Source: Bdellovibrionales bacterium (GTDB taxonomy: Bacteria > Bdellovibrionota > Bdellovibrionia > Bdellovibrionales > DASUEL01). From it: a stretch of 64,000 bases of DNA. The stretch is from contig JBFWOZ010000008.1 in the NCBI GenBank assembly GCA_050250255.1, positions 1 to 64,000 on the forward strand, read 5' to 3'. This document shows positions 47,008 through 56,026 of the stretch, one piece after another (within the stretch, counting starts at the first letter, position 1; each line of letters starts with the position of its first letter). The notes beneath the pieces were generated by a model. The model was not told the origin of the DNA. It worked only from the letters and a program-made list of their open reading frames with translations, and searched no databases. A program made the translations under genes and the position numbers.

Positions 47008-47264
47008 GCTTATCTCCTTTTCGCTAAAAGTTGCATGACCATAACATAGATTTTTCTGAGCACATTTATGAAGAGCGAAGAATGGTTTTTAAAATGCATT
47101 TAAACTTTCATAAATGCTCTCGGTCAAATTGATTTTATAAATTCAAAAATCGAAAATATTTTTTCATGTACGTGACAAGTATTCAACTTTAAGATTTAAG
47201 AAAATGTGTCAATGTTTTCTTCATATTTATTTGATTAGATATATTTGAACTACACGGCCGCAAG

Positions 47265-47280
47265 CCTGTCGCGCGACAGG
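47265..47280. repeat. 16-bp palindrome, copy 2 (intergenic)
   Basis: CCTGTCGCGCGACAGG followed by TAA; identical to copy 1. Confidence 0.9.
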
Positions 47281-47386
47281 TAATTTCAACAAGTCTCTGT
47301 CTTTCATGACGAATGATCGCTGCTAAAATTACGTTTATTGACAGCTTTGATTCGACAACCATAGACTATGGCTAAAGGATAATTTT

Positions 47387-47842
47387 ATGAGAAACCTCTT
47401 CCTCTGTTGTTTTTTTCTAGCGGGCTGCACAACTTCTTTCAAACGAGAAGGCTACAGCATTAGCTCGTACCAAGCTGATCCTCAGCAGTGCAAAGTGGCT
47501 ATACGGTATCAAGCCAAACCTGAAGAAAAAGCTGGAAAGCTTTTAGGAACAATTTCGGCAAGTGAACCCGGATTAGGAACCACTTGTGATCATGAATATG
47601 TCGTCCTTCAGTTCCTGAAAGATGCCTGCGAGATAAAAGCGGACTTAATCAATATCATCGAAGAAAAGTTTCCAGACCATATTAGCACTTGTTATCGTGC
47701 AAAGGCCGAATTGATTGCTGTGAACTCTAAACGCTTACTAAGAACTGATGCCAGATATTATCCAGACAAAATACGTAAAAATACCAAGAAGCTTGGCCAA
47801 ATATTTACTGAGCAGTTTAAAGCTCAATGGAACAATGAGTAG
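47387..47842 (+). CDS. Hypothetical lipoprotein
   Basis: Lipobox LAGC; several Cys; AAGGA RBS. Confidence 0.75.
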   Translation: MRNLFLCCFFLAGCTTSFKREGYSISSYQADPQQCKVAIRYQAKPEEKAGKLLGTISASEPGLGTTCDHEYVVLQFLKDACEIKADLINIIEEKFPDHISTCYRAKAELIAVNSKRLLRTDARYYPDKIRKNTKKLGQIFTEQFKAQWNNE

Positions 47843-48014
47843 TTGTTGCTGAAATATTCCTAGCCGAAAGCGCTGATCACAGCAACAGCATTTCAGGGAG
47901 CATTTCGTGACAAATAATGGCTAAACGTTATACTTTTTTTGTTACTTCTGATGAGCTCTGCCGGGTGAAATATCCCTCAAATTCAAATAAACTAACAAGC
48001 AGTTGTCTTTTCTC

Positions 48015-48030
48015 AGGTCTGTCTCTTGCA
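48015..48030 (+). promoter_or_regulatory. Putative sigma54 promoter
   Basis: AGGTCTGTCTCTTGCA (GG-N10-GC), similar to the 3088-3103 site. Confidence 0.4.
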
Positions 48031-48065
48031 CTTACGTCTACTACTTATCAAAACAGGAGAATCAA

Positions 48066-48335
48066 ATGAAACTTTCGCTTATTGGAATGCTGGTTTTGTC
48101 TTTTAGCACCATGGCTTCTGCTGATAGTTTTTCTGACAATTGCGACAGCATGCGAGAGCATGCAGTTATTCTATCCACCAATCTTCAAGCGATTAGCAAA
48201 AATGAATTAAATATTGCGCTTGAAGCTGCAAAAGAAGGTAAGCAAATTGATTTGAAGTCTTCTAATGAAGGCATTATAAATATTGCAGATACTATCGATA
48301 GACTAAACTACAAAATCAATCAGCAGTGCAAATAG
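48066..48335 (+). CDS. Small secreted helical protein (two Cys)
   Basis: CAGGAG RBS; signal peptide ending TMASA. Confidence 0.7.
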   Translation: MKLSLIGMLVLSFSTMASADSFSDNCDSMREHAVILSTNLQAISKNELNIALEAAKEGKQIDLKSSNEGIINIADTIDRLNYKINQQCK

Positions 48336-48392
48336 CTACCAACTACATACCTGAGCAAGCAACGACCGCAATACCACGAAATTCCATAGGAA

Positions 48393-48408
48393 CCTGTCGC
48401 ACAACAGG
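48393..48408. repeat. 16-bp palindrome, copy 3 (2 mismatches)
   Basis: CCTGTCGCACAACAGG followed by TAA. Confidence 0.75.
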
Positions 48409-48660
48409 TAAATAGAAGCCAACAAATATTTTTAGTGAATCAATGATTAGATAACGACCCAAGTATGTTTATCGTGGATAGCTAGCTTGCTTCTGAAACT
48501 TTCATACCTGCTCGCCTACTAACTGCAATCCCACAGCATTTCATGACAAATATTGCTCTCGGGTTGGCAAACTAATAATTTATTGGAGTCTGAAATTTGC
48601 AATAGATGATTCAGAGTCCATTAGACATTGGTTCAAATCGTATTTAAGAGGAGGCTATTT

Positions 48661-48975
48661 ATGAAGAGCACAATTATTGTCACTTTCATCGCATTTTTAG
48701 GATTGATTTCAAATGCCCACGCCCAAAGCGGGACCGCCAAAGTGTGCGGTAAGGTAAGCCGAATTACCACTGAAGACATCGGTTCTTCTGACATTGAAAT
48801 TAAGAATGCGAATGGGACTATAGAAGTCGTACGACTATCTACAAATGCCCATAAGCTTTATCCTAGTTTTTTTCTTGCACAAACTGCTTTTATTTCTAAA
48901 GCAAATGTATGTGCCGATGTGGAGTGGGGAACAAGCCTGATTAAGAATGTCTATTCTATGACAATTTCGAATTAA
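48661..48975 (+). CDS. Small secreted beta-rich protein (two Cys)
   Basis: GAGGAGG RBS; signal peptide ending NAHA. Confidence 0.72.
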   Translation: MKSTIIVTFIAFLGLISNAHAQSGTAKVCGKVSRITTEDIGSSDIEIKNANGTIEVVRLSTNAHKLYPSFFLAQTAFISKANVCADVEWGTSLIKNVYSMTISN

Positions 48976-48976
48976 G

Positions 48977-49359
48977 TTAGCTCGCCTTGGAAACAAACGG
49001 GCTGCTGAGTGTTACACACATGAACACATACACAGGCAAGCCCTTGTGCCCCTCGATCTTCCATTCTTTCGAAGTCATCTTCAGAGAAGAAATTGCGCTT
49101 GAAGCAGTCAAGTGTTGGTAAACATTCTCAGAGACCGCAACCTCATGAGCATCGGCAAAAGCTTGTAATTTAGAAGCTAAGTTCACGGAGTTTCCAAAGT
49201 AATCCATACCGTGATTGAGATTCACCGCAATCACCGATCCGACGTGCATTGAAATTCTTAATCGTAAGGGCGTATCCAGATTATTCTGAGCAAAGCTTTT
49301 TTTTGGATTTCAACAGCAGCTTCGAAAGCATCATCGATGGATCCAAAAGCGCCCGTCAC
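48977..49359 (-). pseudogene. Truncated, frameshifted class III adenylate/guanylate cyclase C-terminus
   Basis: VTGAFGSIDDAFEAAVEIQK, frameshift near the A8 run at about 49297-49304, then DTPLRLRISMHVG...DYFGNSVNLASKLQ; N-terminal part absent. Confidence 0.8.
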
Positions 49360-49414
49360 TTAAGAATTCTTCGGATTTTTTAAGGGCCTCACCAAGTCTA
49401 GATCGACCTTCGCC

Positions 49415-50296
49415 CTAGGTCTTTACAACAGAAGTTTCGGTGCGCACTACGCCATAAGCCGAAGCGATAATGAGAAGCGCCCCGCCCCACTGAGTAAGGC
49501 TTAAGCGGTCACCTAGAATCGCAAACGCAAAGAGAGCTGCGAAAGGAGATTCGAGAAGAAACAGGAGGCTCGCAAGTGACGAAGATAAAACTTTTTGCGC
49601 ACGAATCTGAAGCATAAACGCAAGAATTGTACTTCCAAAAATCAGCCACGCGAGTCCAAAAAGACCGACATTGGACCACGGCCATCGCCACTCTTCTGGA
49701 AAAACAAAAAGCAAAACAGCCGGAAGCCACATCGCCCAAAAACTTTGATAAGTATTAAAGGCCACCGAAGAATCAATACGGTTGGAAACTTGTCCCACGA
49801 AGAGGATATGCATAGTCGCACCCAGAGAACATCCGAGCGTGAGCAAATCTCCTAAGTTCCAATCCCCAGCGTGGAAATTACAAATGAGCGCCGTACCTAC
49901 AAGCGCAATCAGCACGTACACGTAATGACTAAAAATAATTTTTCGACGGTAGAAAAAACGCTCCATCAACGGAACAAACACGATATAAAGAGTCGTAATG
50001 AAACTGCTCTTCGTAGCGGTTGTGTATTGCAATCCCCAGGTTTGTAAAACCATGAGAAGACCGAGCATCATGCCCGGCCAAAAAGACAAAGTTAAAATTT
50101 TACGATGATTGGTATTTTTAAGTGACGGAATGAGAAAGAAAAATGGCAGAGTCGCAACAATCGCAACTACAAACCGAACCACCGCCATGGTCAGCGGACC
50201 CATGTCCCTTAGAGCAAAAACGGTGGCAATAAAACCAAAACCCCAGATGGCGCCAGCGAAAATCAATTCGCCGACGGCACGACGCTCACTGATCAT
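49415..50296 (-). CDS. DMT/EamA family transporter
   Basis: About 10 TM helices; IWGFGF, QTWGLQYTTATKSSFITTLY, GDLLTL. Confidence 0.92.
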   Translation of the reverse strand: MISERRAVGELIFAGAIWGFGFIATVFALRDMGPLTMAVVRFVVAIVATLPFFFLIPSLKNTNHRKILTLSFWPGMMLGLLMVLQTWGLQYTTATKSSFITTLYIVFVPLMERFFYRRKIIFSHYVYVLIALVGTALICNFHAGDWNLGDLLTLGCSLGATMHILFVGQVSNRIDSSVAFNTYQSFWAMWLPAVLLFVFPEEWRWPWSNVGLFGLAWLIFGSTILAFMLQIRAQKVLSSSLASLLFLLESPFAALFAFAILGDRLSLTQWGGALLIIASAYGVVRTETSVVKT

Positions 50297-52176
50297 TACG
50301 AAATACGTTCAGATCTACGTACGCCACGTAAGTTTTGAGCAAGAACCTTTTTACGAATACGGATGCTCTCAGGAGTTACTTCAATCCATTCGTCTTCTTC
50401 AATCCAATCGATACAATCTTCAAGAGACATGTTTTTAGTACCCGCAAGAGTCACAAGAATCTCCGCACCTGATGCACGAACGTTCGTGAGTTTTTTCTCA
50501 CGGCAAACGTTCACGTTCAGCTCGTTTTCTTTATTCGATTCACCCACGATCATTCCTTCGTAAACAGGAACGCCTGGTCCAAAAAAGAAAATGCCTCGAT
50601 CTTCTAAACCAAGAAGAGCGTATTCCATCGTTTCCCCTTCACGGTCCGAAATAATCGCACCGGAAGTTCTGTTAGGAATATCTCCTTTATGAGGAACGTA
50701 ATCTAAAAATTGAGAGCTAAAAAGTCCCGCACCACGAGTTGCAGTGAGGTATTTTGAACGAATCCCGAGTAGCCCACGTGTTGGAATATCAAATTCCAAA
50801 CGAACGCGACCACCAATAGCTCCTGGCTCCGAACGGGTTTCATATTTGGTCATGATCCCTTTTCGGCCTTGGAACATCTGCGTGACTTCGCCCGCATGAA
50901 GCTCTGGAAGATCAAGAACCGCTCGCTCCAGAGGTTCTAAACGACCTTCAGCGCCGCCATCTTTATAAAGAACGATGGGTTTACCCACCATGAACTCCAT
51001 ACCTTCACGTCGCATTTGTTCGATCAGAATCGCAAACTGCAATTCGCCTCGACCGAGTACACGGAACTGATCTGGCAATTCTGTTGGTTCAAATCTGAGA
51101 GCCACGTTATGACGAACTTCTTTTAAGAGGCGATCGCGTAATTTTCGAGACTGCACAGCCTCCCCTTCTCGACCCGAGAAAGGAGATGTATTGACCGAGA
51201 AAATCATTGCAAGAGTTGGTTTTTCAACCAAGATGCGTTTTACAGTTGGAGTGGCTTCTGAACCGACCACCGTGTCGCCAATTTCAAAACCTTCCACGCC
51301 CGCAAGAACGCCGATGTCTCCTGCTTCTAATTTTTCTACTTCAACTTGTTTAAGACCGTCGTAGGTAAAAACTTTGGTCACGTTAAAGCTGTCCGTTTTA
51401 GGATTGCCAGCGTCGTCAACTCCACGGCGCCAAGCCTTTTGATTTTTCTGAATTTCTCCAGAGTTCACACGGCCAATCGCTAAACGACCCACGTAATCAG
51501 AGTAAGAGAGATTAGAAACCAACATTTGGAAATCTTGATTCTCTACAATTTTTGGAGGAGGCATATACTCTAAGAGCATCTTAAAGAGCGGCTGCAAAGA
51601 CCCTTTTTTTGCTCCACTGATCAAATCCGGCACTTCATCAAAATTGGTTGTACACCAGCCATCACGACCGCAAGCGTAGATGATGGGGAATTCTGCTTGC
51701 TCGTCGGAAGCTCCGAGTTCTACGAAAAGATCAAAGGTTTGGTTGACCACTTCTTGAACGCGAGTTCCATCCTTGCATTCAGGACGATCCACTTTGTTGA
51801 TGAAAAGAATAATTTTGTGATTGTACGCGAGCGCTTTTTGAAGCACGAAGCGCGTTTGCGGCAAAGGACCTTCGGCGGCATCAACAAGAAGAACTGCGCC
51901 ATCGACCATTCCGAGAATACGTTCTACTTCACCACCGAAATCGGCGTGTCCCGGAGTATCCACGATGTTCACTTTCGTATCGCCGAGGCGAATAGAAGTA
52001 TTTTTCGCCATGATCGTGATTCCACGTTCACGTTCAAGATCCATGGAGTCCATCATTCTCTCACCAACAGTTTGATGTTGTTGAAAGGTTCCAGCCTGGC
52101 TCAGCAGTCCGTCGACGAGCGTTGTTTTGCCATGATCCACGTGAGCGATAATACAGATATTTCGAATTTTTGACAT
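50296..52176 (-). CDS. typA: Translational GTPase TypA/BipA
   Basis: AHVDHGKTTLVD, RERGITI, DTPGHADFGGEVER, NKVD, GRGELQ..ILIE.MRREG, EVTPESIRIRK. Confidence 0.97.
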   Translation of the reverse strand: MSKIRNICIIAHVDHGKTTLVDGLLSQAGTFQQHQTVGERMMDSMDLERERGITIMAKNTSIRLGDTKVNIVDTPGHADFGGEVERILGMVDGAVLLVDAAEGPLPQTRFVLQKALAYNHKIILFINKVDRPECKDGTRVQEVVNQTFDLFVELGASDEQAEFPIIYACGRDGWCTTNFDEVPDLISGAKKGSLQPLFKMLLEYMPPPKIVENQDFQMLVSNLSYSDYVGRLAIGRVNSGEIQKNQKAWRRGVDDAGNPKTDSFNVTKVFTYDGLKQVEVEKLEAGDIGVLAGVEGFEIGDTVVGSEATPTVKRILVEKPTLAMIFSVNTSPFSGREGEAVQSRKLRDRLLKEVRHNVALRFEPTELPDQFRVLGRGELQFAILIEQMRREGMEFMVGKPIVLYKDGGAEGRLEPLERAVLDLPELHAGEVTQMFQGRKGIMTKYETRSEPGAIGGRVRLEFDIPTRGLLGIRSKYLTATRGAGLFSSQFLDYVPHKGDIPNRTSGAIISDREGETMEYALLGLEDRGIFFFGPGVPVYEGMIVGESNKENELNVNVCREKKLTNVRASGAEILVTLAGTKNMSLEDCIDWIEEDEWIEVTPESIRIRKKVLAQNLRGVRRSERIS

Positions 52177-52212
52177 ACAGAGCCTATCCTAAATTTAGGG
52201 GTTTGAAGGAGA

Positions 52213-53073
52213 CTACCCGAGTCCGAACGGAGGAACAATAAAAATCCTCTCATGATACTCTTTCGGGATACGATCAAAAATAACGTTTCGGGCCTGAGCC
52301 GCCGTATAGCGCCTTGAAAGGTGCATGATCCCGATATGACGACACTCTAAATCCTTTAATCGCGTTAGAAGCTCGTCCAAATGCAAATGACCCCACTCCC
52401 GCGCTTTTTCCACAGGTTTTCTCTCATCTATGTAGGTGACTTCGAGAAAAAGAATCTGAGAACGTTTGACCCAATCCGCACGATCTAGAAACTCAATTTG
52501 AGTGTCCCCTGTAAAACTCACAAGAGGTTCATGGAGATGATTCTGTATGCTCTGCCCCTGCGCCTTCAAATCCACGATCTCACGAGGCGAAAGCTGAAGA
52601 AATTCTGGTTTTAACTTTTTGGTCTCTCGAAAGAGAGTATAGCCCTGGGAATGAATTCGATGAACCGTAGGGAATGGAACGACGGAGTATTGAGCGTTGA
52701 TTTCAATCTTTTCCTCTGGTTTCACAGCCACGAATCGATAATTGTATTCATGATTCTCAAGCTCCATCCATGTTTTCATGATGTAGTGGAGTGGCTCGAC
52801 CATATACTCGGGCATGTAAAACGTGGGTGCCCGGTGATTATTCATAGCTTTTTGGGAAATCAGATAAGGAATTCCCGCTGCGTGATCCATATGTCCATGA
52901 GTGATGAAAAAGCGGGAGCAGTTGACGGCGGGAGGAAGGCCTTGGGCGACATCAAAAACGAGGTCCAGTTCAGGCAAAACAATGCAGGTTCCCACGCCCG
53001 CAACAGAACCTCCGACAAATTGAAAAGTGCCCAGCTGCCAAGGTCTAAAAATTTCTCTATTCCAAATCGGCAC
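52213..53073 (-). CDS. MBL-fold hydrolase, short RNase Z (TM-type)-like
   Basis: SVAGVGT, THGHMDHAAG, TVHRI.SQGY, FTGDT, EVT..GHLH, MHLSRRY. Confidence 0.75.
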   Translation of the reverse strand: MPIWNREIFRPWQLGTFQFVGGSVAGVGTCIVLPELDLVFDVAQGLPPAVNCSRFFITHGHMDHAAGIPYLISQKAMNNHRAPTFYMPEYMVEPLHYIMKTWMELENHEYNYRFVAVKPEEKIEINAQYSVVPFPTVHRIHSQGYTLFRETKKLKPEFLQLSPREIVDLKAQGQSIQNHLHEPLVSFTGDTQIEFLDRADWVKRSQILFLEVTYIDERKPVEKAREWGHLHLDELLTRLKDLECRHIGIMHLSRRYTAAQARNVIFDRIPKEYHERIFIVPPFGLG

Positions 53074-53214
53074 GTCCTGTACATAGTCTAGCTAAGGGTT
53101 CGAAACAAGATCAAATTCTGTCTGACTCAGCGAATCTTAATGGACTCTCGTGGAGCCGACCCTTAAGCTTTTATTTCAGCCGCTAAGTTAGGTGATGCAT
53201 CAAGGAAAAACGTT

Positions 53215-54396
53215 ATGATGAAGGTGATTTTTCTCGCGCTCTTAATCTCATTTTATTCCCCTGTTTTTGCCCAAGAAACGGTAGTCCCCACGTTCGATCC
53301 TTGGACCCAATTTGTAGAGAATCAATGGAACAAAAGCATGGGTCTTTGCCTCATGGGAGACGAAGAATATGCGAAATATCAAACCGAGTGGCAAAACTTC
53401 CGCATTATTTCGGCCATCCGTTACGAACTTTTACTGAAACACTGGTTTAAGAGAGATCCACCCAAGCAAAACAATCTTGAAATCGATAGCGCTTTTCAGT
53501 TTCAAAAGCTTGAACCCTACATGATTGCAGGCATCAGCGAGGCCGAAAAAATCTCAAACATCGACCAAGCGATTCTTCATGCGCTCGAACTAGAGCTTCC
53601 GTCAGCAAGCCCTGAAGAGTTTCGAAAACGTTTTGGATTTTTAAAAGCGAATTTGACGGCTTACCTTCAGGTTCTCAACAAAGATTCCCTCATGGCCGCT
53701 CCCTATAACGGCCATGAGGGATTTTCGATTTTGTATCAAAACCTTTGGAAGAAAAAAGCTGCGACCTCAGGTTCTTGGAGTCTTGAAAATTATCGAGTAT
53801 CAGCTCAGGATTTAAAATCCGTCGATGCGATGGCACGTACGCTTTGGCTCGCAGGGAATTCCTGCAAGGAACCACAAAAGGGCGCTTACCAAGCCCTCGC
53901 ACGAATCATGATTGATCGTTCGAAGTTCTGTCAGGATTTTGATAAAAAATCGATTGAGTACTGTAGCTCCGATCGTCGTCTGAAAGATGCTTCTCCTATC
54001 GAAAAAGTGATCGCGAAAGCCAACGCCTTTGAGGTTTGGCGAGGGGGACTCTTTGAACAATTCCCTCAACAAAACAAAAAAAAATCGTGGGTGCGTAGCT
54101 TTTATAAGCTCTCTGTCGGAAATCCCTCACTGCAAAAAGCGCTGTGTCCCACAGCTCTCGTAAACCCCGAGCAACTCGCACAACTCAAACAAGTCTATGT
54201 GTTAGCTCTAAAAGCACATCTTGAGACGACAAATTTTGAAAAACAGTGGGTATGGGGAGCTAACCGAAAACTCAAAAGCAAAATCAAAGCGGTAACCCAA
54301 ATTTTGGATTCCACCCAAATGCCGCCACTCACTTACGATTTAAAAAAGAATTCCACCTCACAGTGTCAGCTCACAAGCTTTGTCCAGGAGCCTTAA
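53215..54396 (+). CDS. Secreted hypothetical protein with a degenerate SleB/Hydrolase_2-like segment
   Basis: Signal peptide; AMARTLWLAG...ALARIMIDR...IEKVIAKANAFEVW. Confidence 0.6.
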   Translation: MMKVIFLALLISFYSPVFAQETVVPTFDPWTQFVENQWNKSMGLCLMGDEEYAKYQTEWQNFRIISAIRYELLLKHWFKRDPPKQNNLEIDSAFQFQKLEPYMIAGISEAEKISNIDQAILHALELELPSASPEEFRKRFGFLKANLTAYLQVLNKDSLMAAPYNGHEGFSILYQNLWKKKAATSGSWSLENYRVSAQDLKSVDAMARTLWLAGNSCKEPQKGAYQALARIMIDRSKFCQDFDKKSIEYCSSDRRLKDASPIEKVIAKANAFEVWRGGLFEQFPQQNKKKSWVRSFYKLSVGNPSLQKALCPTALVNPEQLAQLKQVYVLALKAHLETTNFEKQWVWGANRKLKSKIKAVTQILDSTQMPPLTYDLKKNSTSQCQLTSFVQEP

Positions 54397-54945
54397 ATGA
54401 AATCTCTGCTTGTCGTTTTACTGATCAGCACTTTTATTTTTATTGATGATGCCGATGCACGCAGGAGAAGACGTCGCAGCAAGGAGCCTAAAACTCCTCC
54501 GAGCAAGTATGAATTAACCGATGGCGTTTCAAAAATTGAAATGAAGAAAAATCAACTCCTTTACACGCATAAAGGTCAGACCCAAACACTGACTCTCCCT
54601 TTTACCGAGCCAGAATTTAAATTGGCTTCTTTTCGTTACAGCGATCCCATCCCAGGTCAAAGACACTTCATTCAACTTTTTTATTGGACTCAGCCAACTA
54701 TAAGCTCTTACCTACACCAAGCGCAGCGTCCCCTGACTCTTCTCTGGGCGCTGTATGAAGCTAAACAAGGGAAACTTGTACACATTACCACTGAGGAAGA
54801 AGTCTACAGTAACTTCGGCTCCCCTCTCGTTGGACCGCCGACACATATCGAAAATGCCGTACGACTTCAGGTCAATGCCAAGCAACAAGTAGAGTGGGTG
54901 AAAGAACCTCGCGATCCCGAACTGATTCCTGCTACTCTCGAATGA
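54397..54945 (+). CDS. Secreted hypothetical protein
   Basis: Signal peptide ending ADA followed by RRRRRR; AGGAG RBS; abuts the upstream stop. Confidence 0.7.
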   Translation: MKSLLVVLLISTFIFIDDADARRRRRRSKEPKTPPSKYELTDGVSKIEMKKNQLLYTHKGQTQTLTLPFTEPEFKLASFRYSDPIPGQRHFIQLFYWTQPTISSYLHQAQRPLTLLWALYEAKQGKLVHITTEEEVYSNFGSPLVGPPTHIENAVRLQVNAKQQVEWVKEPRDPELIPATLE

Positions 54946-55000
54946 TAAAAACTTGAAATAAGGCAGTTTTAGTGGTCTCTTTTGATATGCGGAGGCCATC

Positions 55001-56023
55001 ATGATTCGTTTACTTGCTTGTACTTTTATTCTTGCTTTGAGCTTTGGTTGCACAAAAAAATCTGGCGATAACACGACTCCAAACCAATCTTCTGGAAATA
55101 AAATTCGAGTCGCATTGATTCTCGATAAAGGTGGAAAAGACGACAAGTCTTTCAACACTGCTGCCTGGGAAGGTGCCCTTAAAGCAAAAAAAGAATTTGA
55201 TATCGAACTCAAAGATATCGAGAGCCCTGACGACAGTGCCTATGAACCTGCAATGCGAACTTTCGGCGAACGTGGTTTCGACTTGATCGTGGCCATCGGT
55301 TTCGCACAGAAAGATGCGGTTGCGAAGGTCGCTCCGCAATTTCCAAAAACTCAATTCGCTCTTGTTGATGCGGTTGTGGATGCACCGAACGTGCTTAGTA
55401 TGATGTTCAAAGAGCACGAGGGAAGTTTTCTCGTTGGTTATTTAGCGGGCCTCACTAGCAAAACGGGTACGATCGGATTTGTTGGTGGTATGGACATCGC
55501 GATGATTCGTCGATTTTTACTTGGTTACGAGTCTGGCGCAAAACTCGCCAATCCTAAAATCAAAGTGGTTTCAAACTTCGTAGGTGTAACTTCCGACGCT
55601 TGGGCGAACCCCACTCGTGGAAAAGAATTGGCGATTGGTCAATTTGGTCGAAAAGCCGATGTGATTTATGCAGGCGCTGGCGCCAGCAACTTAGGCGTGT
55701 TTGATGCTGCGGAAGAAAAGAAATTTTTCGCAATCGGTTGTGATAGCAATCAAAATGGCATTAAACCTGGTCGTATCTTGACGAGCATGCTCAAAAGAGT
55801 CGACGTTGCCGTTTACGAAGCCATTGCCGCTAAAGTGAAAAACACATTTCAAGTGGGTACCCGACATTTTGGTCTTGCCGATCAAGGAATTGATTACGCG
55901 GTGGATTCCAACAACGAAAAGCTTGTCGCTCCTCACAAAGCGGCTGTTGATAAAGTAAAGGCAGATATCATCGCCGGAAAAATCATTGTTCCTGATCATT
56001 ACATCACGAGCAGAACGAAATAA
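55001..56023 (+). CDS. BMP family nucleoside ABC transporter substrate-binding lipoprotein
   Basis: Lipobox SFGC; DDKSFN.AAWEG, FKEHEGSFLVG, AIGCDSNQ, TSMLKRVD. Confidence 0.93.
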   Translation: MIRLLACTFILALSFGCTKKSGDNTTPNQSSGNKIRVALILDKGGKDDKSFNTAAWEGALKAKKEFDIELKDIESPDDSAYEPAMRTFGERGFDLIVAIGFAQKDAVAKVAPQFPKTQFALVDAVVDAPNVLSMMFKEHEGSFLVGYLAGLTSKTGTIGFVGGMDIAMIRRFLLGYESGAKLANPKIKVVSNFVGVTSDAWANPTRGKELAIGQFGRKADVIYAGAGASNLGVFDAAEEKKFFAIGCDSNQNGIKPGRILTSMLKRVDVAVYEAIAAKVKNTFQVGTRHFGLADQGIDYAVDSNNEKLVAPHKAAVDKVKADIIAGKIIVPDHYITSRTK

Positions 56024-56026
56024 AAA

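Noticed and set aside
46204..47380. IscB/HEARO or Cas9-like RNA-guided nuclease
   Set aside because: The protein has no PLMP or RuvC motifs; only an HNH domain with a helical N-terminus is visible.
45840..48975. Classical integron with attC sites
   Set aside because: There is no tyrosine recombinase in the window, and I found no RYYYAAC...GTTRRRY paired boxes after the small genes.
8821..53090. Recurring TAGAC/GTCTA pentamer in intergenic regions (e.g. 8821, 8849, 10270, 10291, 34501, 36661, 43466, 47362, 48622, 49396, 53086)
   Set aside because: About a dozen hits of a 5-mer on two strands over a few kb of intergenic DNA is close to chance expectation; it needs a genome-wide test.
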